Positions 38,028-52,247 of a DNA stretch of 64,000 nucleotides are shown here, one piece after another; the first letter of the stretch is position 1; each line of letters starts with the position of its first letter. The notes under the pieces are model-generated. The model did not search any database. It was given only the letters and a program-made list of their open reading frames with translations, and was not told where the DNA came from. The stretch is taken from positions 7,232,390 through 7,296,389 of the forward strand of contig CM082580.2 of the NCBI GenBank assembly GCA_040954595.2, in the 5' to 3' direction. The stretch is from Balanoglossus misakiensis. Taxonomy: Eukaryota > Animalia > Hemichordata. A program made the position numbers and the translations under genes.

Positions 38028-40930
38028 TCACACCACCACCAGACGTGTATAATTGTGTTTATCCCGCCATTCTATTTCCTCCTTGGTTTCCAGTAGCAGC
38101 TGACCCTGCGGACTTCCAGCATTTGGTGGCAGCAACGCCAGATATACGATGATTTCTGCGCCCTCGTCGACAGTTCTGCCGCCAGAGAAACTCGTCAGGG
38201 CAGTGTGCACTTTGTTCGGACAGCACTGTAACGATACATGTAAATACGATACGATTATGATTTAAATAGCGAAAAAATGAAAAGTTGTTCACAGGCGCTT
38301 AAACACTAGAGTGCTTGATGCTGAACGAATGTTTATAAATGATAAGAGCGAGTGAACAAAACTCGCCTCAACCAATCCAGACTATAACAATTCAACTGGA
38401 TATAAACTAACGGGACATATCATTGGTTTGCTGATGAACTGATGCATGTTCGCGTTAAACGCTAACACAGTTTTATAGGGGAGTCAGCTAACATAACCAA
38501 CAAGGCGCTGGTTATTTGTTAAGACAGTTCCCTGCAGCACGATTTCGTTTCGATTTCACTCACAATATTTATCAAGATGTCCTCCCTGGGATCGTCTTTC
38601 AGCTGACAAGCGTACATCCACGTGAGTAACAAGATGCCCGTCTTGGTCACCGAGTAGGCAGTGCTGTTCCATCCTCTCTCCAGATGTTGACCTTCGTTGG
38701 CGTCCCTGCAAGAAAACACAACAGGTGACTGAATCGGGCTAGGCCGCTCCACAAGGCCACTTTCATGACACCTATGACTCGGGGATATTGCTGGTGTGAG
38801 TTTATCATTTCGAGTTAAAACTGTAACTGTCGACCATTCTAGTTTCTACTGAATGTGTGCAAATTCATCTTGGAAAAAAATCGAATTTCTGTCAGTTACA
38901 ATAACGCTCACACGTTCGTGAGTTCCGGAACTCAAGAAGTACACCGCACGTTTTTCTTCTGTGTGAGTTTATTATTGGACAAGCTTTCGAGATTTAGTCG
39001 GCTTCTCGTGGCAATCGTCAAAACCTAAAAAAAAACGTTATGGTATCCTCTCTGAACGACGTACATACCTCACAAATTCCTCCATCAATTCCACGAGCTT
39101 TGCCTCCGTGATGTCGGGCGATCTGAATCTGTCGGCAAGATCTGGGCTGATTTCATTGAGAATCCTGGCTCCGCTTCGACCACCAACTTCAACGATCCTG
39201 TGGAAGATTTTGGGGGAAGATGACAACTAAGGGATTGGCCATTTAAATCTGGGAGGGGTGTTAGCAGACAATTCTACGAAAACGTTTTCCAGTACAGCAG
39301 AAAAAGCAAATTGTTAACCACAGCAGTATATGTAAATGTGTGTCACAGCTTACCTTCCATGCGACTTGACGATGGGAAACAATAATTTGTACACGTTGTA
39401 TCTGCCGTAGAAATTTAACTTGACCGTATTGGTCGCCTGTTCGCCAAACGGGACTGTACTTTTGACCTGAGAGAGGGGGGGGAGAGGGAGAGAGAGAGAA
39501 ATACATTATCTGGTCATCAATTAGTACTTTACACGTATCATATACAGGTGATCAGTGGCGTCGATTGAGGCCCAATCGCAGATGATTTTAATAGTCTAGA
39601 CTAAGTTTTGGATAAAGGCCTACCTTATAAGCTATGCCCGCATTGTCAACCAACACGTCAATCCCTCCGTAATTTTCGACAAAGTGTTTCTTTATGCGCT
39701 CGACACTTTCGACGGAAGTGACGTCCAGCTGGTGAAACTTGGGAGCCAAACCTTCCTTTTCAAGTTCTCTGACGGCATCTTCGCCGCGCTCAGCGTTCCG
39801 CGCAGTCAGATAGACATCGCCGTCGAATTCTTTGCACAACGCCCTCACGACAGCGAATCCGATTCCCCGGTTGGACCCGGTCACCTGCAAAGAGCATGCA
39901 TGCATGTGACATCAATGTTTTATACACAGAGTTGTCATTTCATGAAGAAATTTCATTGACCATGCGTTTATTGCTGGAGGTTACCCCTCGAATACCGATC
40001 AGTCGGCGGACATTCGAGTTTCCTTTTCATCACATGCAGATGTCCAGTCTAGGAAATGTGAACCGACTTGCCGACAGGGGGCATCACTCCCACAATCCTA
40101 GTATTGCCCCCTTTTGACCAGTTCAACTCATCATGGCCTGTGAGGAAGAGATGGGTTGGGTATTTAACTGGGATATGGAAAATCTGCTATCGTACGTGTT
40201 GAAACGGTGTTCGTGTATTTATAGCACCGCAAGAGAAGGATCCACGTGGTTTCTGAAAATCGAGCATCAACGATTGCACCAACCGTGGTGAATATGCAAT
40301 CAAAAGCGCTCTCAGGCTCTTTATCAGCGTTACCTAACGTTATATCATTTCTACCGACTGCGGTTACATCGACTTGTAAACCAGTCTGAGATCTTTTGTT
40401 TCTGACCGCAGCTACCTCCACGGTGGAAAGCACTGGCCGTGCCAACAATGAACACAACGGACGTCGACTTGTTATATCTGCTCACCAATGGATAAATTTA
40501 GATACAAACCTTTTAAACTAAACAGAAATGGCTAAGTGACTCACGCACATACCATGGACCCTATGAAGCATGATCACACGCATACCAGAATATAACACAA
40601 TATTCTAACATTTATAGTTTCCACACAATACCTACTGCAAAGTAAAACCGTTTATTGCACTGTATCTACTCAGATCTTCTCAGATTTACCCATTATTACA
40701 TTATCTATCTTATTTACATAAGAATGAATGACGCGATCAGTCATTCACGACGCAAGTGGTAGTGACTATTGTTTGATGGGAACCGACTTCTCAACGCCCA
40801 GAAGTAGCCACGTGTCGGTTTGGCCGGCTACCAGGCACGTTACCCAGTCGCCGCACAAAAGCAATGTACGTCACGATATCCTACAATACCAATACACACT
40901 TACCATGGCGACGCGTCTACTTGATTCCAT
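38028..40930 (-). CDS. CBR1: Carbonyl reductase [NADPH] 1-like SDR, copy A. Exons: 40930-40904, 39884-39624, 39466-39354, 39197-39069, 38705-38564, 38225-38028
   Basis: MESSRRVAM|VTGSNRGIGF, DVYLTAR, FHQLDV, GGIDVLVDNAG, PFGEQA, AYSVTK and VYLALLPP. All junctions are GT-AG and in phase. Confidence 0.88.
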
Positions 40931-41347
40931 CGCTGATTCACCGCTGTCTTAAACCTTAAAAAATACGCCAAACCAGCAAGCGAAGAAGAAGACACCGGTC
41001 CTGGGTCTAGTTCAGGTCAGGGAATTTGTCCACAGACAGTCAAATGCATTGTGTATGGTCGTATCGCGTAACACGTTTTGACTGCAATGAATGAGACTCT
41101 ACCATTTTGCTATGGGGCCGACAATTGAACAAGTCGGTGCACGATCGGGGCCGCGGATACACTTATGGGCAATGATCAGATCCCGTCTTTCTTTTTCCCG
41201 TGATCACACCAACGTCCGTCTGAATGAGGCTTCTGTCCGCCACCCAAACCACAGCACCACCGACCATGCATGCCAAACCACAACAGTCTGTCATCAAAGT
41301 ACATAGTACATCATGGACGTCACAATTGGGCAGAAGAGGGTTTTACT

Positions 41348-41453
41348 TTCATTCATTCATTCATTCATTCATTCATTCATTCATTCATTCATTCATTCAT
41401 TCATTCATTCATTCATTCATTCATTCATTCATTCATTCATTCATTCATTCATT
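41348..41453. repeat. (ATTC)n tetranucleotide microsatellite between the CBR copies
   Basis: About 26 perfect units seen directly. Confidence 0.95.
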
Positions 41454-41891
41454 CTTTCTGTCTTTCTTTTATTGCCTCATTTTGAAAAAGGAAATGCATT
41501 TTGTGCCAGAGAAATGGCAAATACACAATGCATATCTAATATTTACAGTGGCAATACGGAGCAAGTTAAATAGATTAACGATTATCGCGAAAAGCTACAG
41601 TACAACAAGAAGGTCATTCACAGAAAATATTTCATGGGGACCTGGTATTATTCACGTCGAGAAAAAGTCACGTTTTTATGGCGCTGGCACTATTTCTCAG
41701 GCTAATGAGGGCATTAAAACTCGGAGAAACCGCTCAGATAGTTCTGTCAACCTACATGTAGGTCAACTTGGAGATCTTTCAAATTACCGTTCTTCTTTCG
41801 CTTGTCGGTAATTGGTCAGGGTTTTACAGTAAGTCCTTTAGCGGAACAAACAACAAAAACCGTACTTGACAATGTTGTGCGCCTCCTACCC

Positions 41892-42613
41892 TCAGCGGGA
41901 CTGATCTTCGAGTTGTCTTCGCCACCTCGGCGTTTTGATGCGCGTGTAATTGTCATTATCGCGCCATTCCACTTGCTGCTTGGTCTCCAACAGAAATTGG
42001 CCCTGCGGACCGCCAGCATTTGGTGGCAGTAGCGCCAGGTACGTCATGAGCTCTGCTGCCTCGTCGGTTGTTTTCAAGTTGCTGTCGAAGTTGTTCATTT
42101 CAGTCCGCACGCCGCCCGGACAGCACTGTGGTGAGATTTAAGCGAATTGAAAAATTAGAGTGCTTGAAATGTATGATGAGTCGGGCAGTTAAAACATTTC
42201 AGCATCGGTGTGACGCAGCTTACAGTGGTTGCCAACACTGAGTGCATTTTTCTCCATATTATCAGAGAGCAAAGTCTTGCGAAAGATGGAGTGTCCGAAT
42301 TCTAATGGAAGACGCTCACTTGGCACCTGCGCAAGACAAAAGACACTGTTGTCGTATTAAAGAGGTCGCAGTTTACGACGATGCACTGAAGATTCAGATT
42401 CAGAAAACTGACATCTCCAAAAGAAAGCGCACTCACAGCGTTGATCAATATGTCCTCCCTGGGATCACCCTGCAATCGACGAGCATACATCCACGTGAGT
42501 ACCAGGATACCTGCCTTAGTCAACGAATACGCAGTGGTTCTCCAACCTCTCTCCTCGTCCTTTCCCATCTTGGCGTCCCTGCGAGAAATATTAATACGCA
42601 CAAGAGTCTATGC

Positions 42614-42690
<77 letters not shown>

Positions 42691-44167
42691 CCATCATCAT
42701 TATCATCGTCGTCAAAATATCCATTGTGTTGTTTTTTAACATTTCCCGATCTTCTCTGATAAAAGTTGCGTCTTTTCAAATATCTTGCTGGTTGCTCAAA
42801 TGGACATAACTGGGACTGCAAATGACTAGAGACACACAAATAATTATAACTCCTGGTCTGATATGATACCCGGTACGCATGCGTACGTACCTTACGAATT
42901 CCTCCATCAGTTCAACGAGTTTCTCTTCATTGACGTCGGGAGATCTAAACCTGGCGGCAATCTTGGGTTCTATTTCGTTGAGAATCCACGCCCCGCTTCG
43001 ACCACCAAGTTCAACAATCCTGTGATTATTAAAAATGAAAGCAGAGAGGTCGATCTTCAGGCCAGACCACAAGAAAGGCATCAATAGAAAAAAATATCGT
43101 AATGGATCTCTTACCTTCCGTGAGGTTTGACTATCGGAAATAATACTTTGTACACATTATATCTGCCGTAGAAATTTGTCTGGACCGTGTTCGTCGCCTG
43201 CTCTCCAAACGGCACTGAACTTCCGACCTATGACAATCGAAGGAAGTGCAACAGTATATTGAGAGAGAAACGCAGGTGGAAAAGGGACGAATATAACCAG
43301 GCAGTAGAACGCACTTGAAGAGAAAATGGCTACAATTACTACTGTAATTTTCTCTGTGGATTTAACAATGAGATTATGTCAATTTTAATTTCAAATTTGC
43401 TGAGTAATATATATGAGTAATATATTTGAAGGTCACGGTGGAATGGTGCAAAACCGGATCTTACCTTATAAGATATGCCGGCATTATCAACCAACACATC
43501 AATCCCTCCGTAATTTTCGACAAAGTGTTTCTTTATGCGCTCGATACTTTCGACGGAAGTGACGTCCAGCTGGTGAAACTTGGGAGCCAAACCTTCCTTT
43601 TCAAGTTCTCCGACGGCATCTTCGCCGCGCCCTGCGTTCCGCGCAGTCAGATAGACATCGCCGTCGAATTCCTTGCACAACGCCCTCACGACAGCAAAGC
43701 CAATTCCCCGGTTGGCCCCGGTCACCTGCAAAAGATAATTTGAAATGTTCTGTCAAGAAACTATGGAAAGAAATGGTTGAATTAATAATCGCGTTTTTTT
43801 TTCGTTTTGGTAATGTCTCCGGAAAGAAACGTACCTCATCTATAGCGGAGGAAGCGCACCTTTTGTCGTTTGGCATCTGCAAGATAAGGTCACGGAGCGC
43901 TAGCCACTGAATGACCGTAATCACCCGATGACCTCAGAGACGCCTCAAAGCACCGTCATAATATTAATAAGAGCTGCGCTTTCGGACATGTTATTTTTTT
44001 AAATACGATGTAAGATACGAAACAGTAATCTACGATACGACACGAAATTTTGGCTCCATGCCTTGGCTTACGAGAAGAAGAATCGTAGCCGGTGAAAATC
44101 ACAAGCCTGAGCCTAAAACGTGGAAGAAGTCCATATTTACCATTGCGACTCTTGATCTGGGCTCCAT
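41892..44167 (-). CDS. CBR1: Carbonyl reductase [NADPH] 1-like SDR, copy B. Exons: 44167-44141, 43725-43465, 43227-43115, 43019-42891, 42578-42437, 42125-41892
   Basis: MEPRSRVAM|VTGANRGIGF, AYSLTK, CCPGGVRT and TYLALLPP. Exons 1-5 have the same sizes as in copy A (27/261/113/129/142). Confidence 0.88.
42616..42707. repeat. (ATC)n microsatellite in CBR copy B intron 4
   Basis: Seen directly. It reads (GAU)n in the transcript, about 35 nt upstream of the 3' splice site. Confidence 0.95.
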
Positions 44168-44804
44168 GATTTCCCGGTGGATATCGTCCGTGTATTAGCC
44201 AGCTGCAGCGGGCAGAGCGACACCCTTCCCGGATCTCTGCGGCGACGGTGGACCTGTGTCTGTCGCTCCCGTGAGCTTCAAACATGACCTGGGTACGGCC
44301 CTAAAGCGACTTCTCAAGTGAACCCACGTGCACAAACATATGCACGAGACAAACTATCCAAGGGACACCTGGTTAGGGTCTGTAGGTCGTGATCCCTTGT
44401 CGTTGTTTGTCCAAGAAAAAAACTAACTAAGCCCTTCATCTGGGTTGAAGGCACAGCTACCGTTCACCCTTGAATGTTTGACTGGCTACTTTTTTAAAAA
44501 GAAAAAAAAATGTGCGTGGAAGGGTTTTTTGTTTGCCTAATAAAAATAGTGCCTTCAATTCCACAAAAATATAGTGGACTATTTTAACCTAGAAGAGATG
44601 ATATAGGCGCTGGTATGATCATTTAAAATAGGTCAGAAAGTAATAAGCTCTCTTATCAAAGTTATGACTTACAATCAGTGTCCACGTATATAGTGCAATG
44701 GGTCGGAGGGATGTTGGCTGCTCTAGTGGGGTGGAGCATTGGTCCGAACCGGGGGGGGGGGGGTGAATGAAAAATAAAATGCACAATTGTTGGTCTCTGG
44801 ACAT

Positions 44805-46455
<1,651 letters not shown>

Positions 46456-46679
46456 GTTTTTTCCTGTATTGCAATTGCACTGCGAACACTGGTGCAAAAA
46501 GTCTGCAACCTTTAAACTTTGAAAGTCTTATTTTCTCCTGAAAGGCGACTGTAATTCAGAAGAAAACGAATTGTTTACAATCATTACAAACCATGCATCT
46601 CAGCAGATACATTATAATACTCGCGTATTACAGTAATGATGGTTTATCCAATGGTAATAAGCTACATGTTTTGTTGAGA

Positions 46680-47335
46680 ATGAGACTCATTCCAATGTAT
46701 TTTACGCGGAGAAAAACATCATCGGTATGGTTGAATTCCTAATCGACAACATATTTGTTGAATTTGGAGGACAGATTTACCAACAATGTGCAGGATTTGC
46801 TATGAGCACTGTTTACGTACGTTCCCTTTCTTTTTGACTGATCATACAAGGCAATATAAATTATAGGCTTTTAACTTTACATTCAGACGCACAGACGATG
46901 AGTAATCCCGTATTTAGTGACAATCTCCGTATTTCCAATCCTCTCGAATTGGAGATTAAAGAAACTACTCGCAGAATCTGCTTCTTGTGCTACTCTTCCA
47001 GGTGGATTGGATTTCTCTCCGAAGGCTACCTTTCTACCGGGCCGTATGATAAAAGAAACGATCAATTTTTACCATGGGCTGGCACACCGTGACAGCAATG
47101 TTCCACTCCAACCAGCCTGTGGTGTAAACCTTTCACACCCCATTCTTTATGCAAGAGCGTGTAGTTTATACAAGGAGTTTGCAGAAGGATTTGTGACTTT
47201 AGGTAGCGGCTGCTGTGCGCCACACGTGGAGGAGGGTTACTCACTATTTTCGAAACACCAGGCATCACTTCTTGGCCTTTATCTTTGTCAGAGGTCGTTT
47301 AAGTCGGTATATTGCACCAATCCGAGAACATAAGG
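46680..47335 (+). mobile_element. Decayed Penelope-like element reverse transcriptase fragment
   Basis: Frameshifted pieces EFLIDNIFVEFGGQIYQQCAGFAM, AFNFTFRRTDD (degenerate RYIDD), PLELEIKETT, YDKRND and DSNVPLQPACGVNLSHPILYARACS match PLE RT/thumb motifs. Confidence 0.8.
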
Positions 47336-50157
47336 TCATTACCTGCGATTCTGTATACCATAGTAAACAATAATATCGTGTAATAATAATAACATGTTTT
47401 CTATTTCAGTGGACACATCCTTTTTCTGTGTTTGGGTATTTCAGTTACTCATTTATTTTCATCGTAAACATATAAAATGCCAACATTTGGAAGGTGTTTA
47501 CCCCTCCAGGCCTCCAATCTTTAAAACACCCACACAACTGAAGTGTACCATACAACCGCATTCCAAATGTTTATCTCATTCTTGAACTGATGGTACACTG
47601 CGTTCTATTAGGCGTCTCCTTGCCAGTGGCAACATTTTGTCCTTGAACGAGGATATTAATAATAGAGCGGTTGAATGGGATTATTTCGAAAAGTATTCCC
47701 CATTATAGTTGATTTTTACGTTGACACATTGTCAATGTAATACAGAAGGAAGTCCTTGCGCCTTACAGTTCATGACATGTTAAAAAAAAGTTAATCCTAC
47801 AGATTGTCGAAGAAAAAATCTGTTGCCACGGTTCTCTTGACGTCATCAATGAGAGCAATTTTGCGCTCGTTTTGTTTATTCACGTTGACTATACGGTATA
47901 CCGATATGCATATTATTTATGGGCAAACTAGGATTTGCCATCACGGATTGTCCCGAATTTTTGTAAAGAAAAGCGTTTCTTATCGCTTGTGTGTAGGCCC
48001 GACCGTTTCTAAATGATGAAACGGCAAAACATTCAAATCATTGTTTTCTGTTTTCATTGTCGGATTCAAGTATACCTCGGGCGTGCGTGATCAGTATCTG
48101 AATTGTCGCGTGATTGAAGATTTTAAGCTGTGTGGTTTTAGTTTCAGCACTTCTGATATATATCATGTATGCGCGCCTGTGTCTCAATAGCTGTTATTTA
48201 CTATCAAATCGGTCCAATCGATCGTTCAAATTTTTGCCCAGTGTAAAAACCACGTAGTCTTGTTTGCCGACAACCCCCCCCCCCGCCCCCGCCACCGACC
48301 CTGGGTTAAACCCTGTCAACATAACCAACGTCACGGTGTGCACAGAAGACAATTTTACTGTTTCAAATCAAGTCCGGACTCAGGATGCGTTTATTAATAA
48401 ACATGAACTCCCTCGCAACAGTTTTAAAAAACGAATACGAGTAAAACGTTTAAAAACATGCAGCGGGCACAGTCAATTTCATGAATGCAAATCGAGAAAA
48501 CTGGTTCGATCTTATCAACGACATTTGCTTTCCTAGAAAAGACAGAAAGTTGCAAGGAAAATCGACGGGGCTTTTCCGCCGCAAATACCAGCCAGGACCA
48601 AGTAACGTAATGCGACATCACACTACATCATACAGCAATGTAGTCGAAATGACTATAGGCAAAGCAAATCACCAGAATTCAACAACTAAAATTTTACCTG
48701 AGAAATACTTCTGCTCGAACTGGAAACGAAGCGGCGGCGGGGATGATTTTTTGGCGGTTGGCTTCTCGACTGAAATTCTCTGCCCTCTCTCAAATGTATC
48801 GCGTAGTGGCAAACGATTCTACTTACGTGTCCCTTAAATGTGAAAATGCTACTTAGGTGAGCGACAAAAAGTTATCGGGTCAAAACTGAGACTTCCAAGA
48901 TGATGGACATCTGTCACGTTTAACAAAAATGGAATTTCACAAGCTATACGTTGATGTCAATCATGATGTGTAAAGTATAAAATATCACCTTTTATCATTT
49001 TTTGTTCTAAGTTTCAACTTCATCAAGGTTGGTTTTTTTTCTCACCCTGCACACGCCATGTATACTGATTACACTCCTATGCTATGTACAACTTATTTTA
49101 TTATCACTATTTATTTGATAACCACCAGTCACACAGTAACGCCTATTTATTTTCATGCCAATTTTGTTCTTATTTCTCTGAACTTTTAGCCGAAATCTTC
49201 CTTGTATACTTTTCATTCCATTAGTATACCTTGAAGAAGGCGATCCGTGTACTATACTGCCGAAACGTTGCTTTTAATGAAGAACACACCGAAGACATAT
49301 CGACCATATCTTATACTTTAAACTTTGACGTTTTTACACAGAATATGGATGCGATTCGACACCCCTCCCCTCAGTAAACTACCTAAGGTAGCGAGTATTG
49401 AAACGAAATCATTGGATTTGTGTTGGGCCATGTTGGCGTGGTCGACCTGCGCCAGGTTTTCATTAAAGCGTGACCTTTACAAATAGTAGAACACCCTGAG
49501 CTATACTGTAAAAGCAAATAATGCATATTTTCTTAATAAATACAAGCTTTTCCCTGGATGGTTGATAAGAGAATATTAAAAGCTTGTTTATCTCCAGGTA
49601 TCAGATAATATAAGAAAATATTAAGTTGAATCCGAAAAGTCACCTTACGTAGCCGGAATTTGCTAAAGAGCATTACTAAGATTCCCTATTTGATTCGGTT
49701 TTGCCTTTCGACAGAACATCACTGTGCTTCGGGCATCCATTTACAGTATTCTGTACAGTCAGTAAACAGATACCATATAAGGTAACACTTTTCGCCAAAA
49801 AAAGAGAACGCTTCAGCATTATTCCTTCGAGCGTTACCTTTCCCGGAATAAGCTACTTGACAAATTGATTTTTTGTACATATTAGTTGCCCCAGCGAAAT
49901 GGGGGGAACTATTATAATAAGTGCGCTCTTAGGAATTCAAAACCCGAGTAAAAATTGCTTCACCTATTCTGAGACTCATTTCCCTAATGGCTAAATGTTT
50001 TTTTTGTTATAACGAATGCGTCTCTGACAACTCAACTCTCTGCTAAGAAATGTCCCCCTTTTTGGTGACATTTCGAAGATTAAGTAGTGAGAATCATGAC
50101 GATAATCCAGAACAATTCATTTCTGGTGAAAGCAGAACGAGTCACGTAATTTAATGT

Positions 50158-50345
50158 CAGTGACCCAGACTCTCTGCTGAGGGCGCTGTATATCCGGGTA
50201 TAGACCCTATAAACCATGGCAACCCTTTCCCCCTAAGTATATCAGTCACAGATTTTGGGGCGGGGACTCGGTCATGTCACTCGGTCATGACTCGGTCTGA
50301 ACCAGTCTCCATCTCTACGTAGGCCAGCAGTCTCGGTTACCTAGA
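50158..50345. mobile_element. Possible degenerate TIR element
   Basis: GTGACCCAGACT..CTGCTG ... CAGCAGTCTCGGTTAC form imperfect terminal inverted repeats. No clear TSD. Confidence 0.35.
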
Positions 50346-52247
50346 CGACCAACTTCACAAAAAAGTATTTGGATTATATTTTAAGCCATAACATCTCATC
50401 CTACTAACGGGATATTTATGAATCGAATCATAGCCCGTTAGTGTTCTATAATTAGGGGCAAGCCAGAAACATGAATTCAAATGCTGCACGCACGAAAAAC
50501 GAGCTTTCTAAAGAGCCATGTCGGGTTTCTCCCCGATGCTGTTGTGCCTTTCAATCGAAATCATTGTTCTTTTACCATGTTTACAGAACTTTATACCGTC
50601 TCAGTACGCATATACTATATATGGAAATTCTTAGTACGCAAATACTATATAAGGAAACATTTTTCGTATATAGCCTTATTATTCGTGTGACACTTCCTTC
50701 CGGGCGCTTCTGAATAAACGACCTTGCTGACAAATTTTGCTTTTTGTACGATTGTACGTTGTTTCACAAAGAAGTTTGAACATATTTCACAACAGCAAGC
50801 CACTATTTTAGATAAAGAAAACCTCACGGATTAACTATGTAGAAATGACCGCCTTTCGTTGACAGTACTAGTATAATTGGAACTTTAGCGCACATCCATT
50901 TGAGAACCATTTGCAACCAGACGTTTCGGATCCGTTTCAAATGTTCGCTGTTGTACCGTTGCATGCTTTGCTAGACACACCACGTGCACAGTAACCAAAC
51001 TGGTCAAATGCAGCTTTTTCAGAAAAAAATAACCCTCCAAGGCTGTGGAACGTAGCCCACACGAAATCATTTCCCCAAAGATTGCTGATTCAGCCTAAAC
51101 GCACAACCCTGGGGAATACAAGCCTGTATAGACCTAGACCTATGTTTACAGACGCGTTATACAGGATTCTGTAAATGACATCAGTATGAAATCCGGCAAG
51201 GCTCGTCAGCAAGGCCGTTTTTTTGTCCAAGTTTGCTGTTTATTGTTTGAATTAATGTTTCATATTTTGTGATATTCCATCATTAAAGTATAAATGCGTC
51301 AATGAACGAAAAGGTCGAGGTTCACTTTTGTTGAATATTTTTTACATGCGGACAAATGAGCCACGTCGTTGCCCTGTGGGTCAGTCGGATTTGATTGTCT
51401 CTTTTTGCAACTTGGCGAAGAAGGGGGTTTCATTGACGCTTTTCTCGTTTATGAACCACCCGGGGAAAGTGTTGTGTTACTTCGGGAATACATATTTTGT
51501 TTACTCGAGAAAGTTGGCACATTATATGCTTAAACAAATATGCCATTTTTCGCCCAGGGTGCTCGACTCTGCGGGGACAATGTCGTGGATCGGTGAAAAC
51601 CTGACGTGAGTCCTGTCACCCAGTCACGAAAATACCTACATAACCAATGAAATTCAATAATTTCAGTTGTTTACGACTTCGTCGTGCGACAGCTAGGAGT
51701 TTCATCAGAAGTAATCTCCACTCGAGATTTCAGCCAGGGATGCCGCAAGACTATACTCTGATGCAGGCAGAGCTATATCTCAGGTATTTGCGATTTAAAT
51801 GATGGCCTTTTCCTCGCCTTCTTTCGTCTAAATTGTTGCACATTTGCGTATATGCTGTCGTTTGCTGCCTGATATTACGTCAGTAACGCGGTCCTGATTG
51901 CATGGTGTAGCATTAAGGCTTGGGGTCCACCAACATTGTGGAACAGCGGCCAGAAATGCTTGCATGAAGGTGTTGTAATAATTTTACTTTGATATATAGA
52001 AACTCTCTGTCGAGCACACCAATCGAGAAAGATAGACCCGCGGTTCTAAAATCAAACCACTTAAAAGGCCAATGATAGTACAGCTCCATTGGTCAGTTAT
52101 GAATAATTAATATTCTCATTCTTTTGATTTCATCCAGCGACATTTGATGGGACGATCACCCACGCTGATTTTGAAAGTTCCCCGCCATCCACTGTGTGTT
52201 GGCCACTTGGTGTAGGGACAGTCACTATACCACTGCAAGGAGAAATT

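Noticed and set aside
41224-41811. FIHS-repeat ORFs; (ATTC)n as a CRISPR-like array
   Set aside because: Simple microsatellite with no spacers, in a eukaryotic context.
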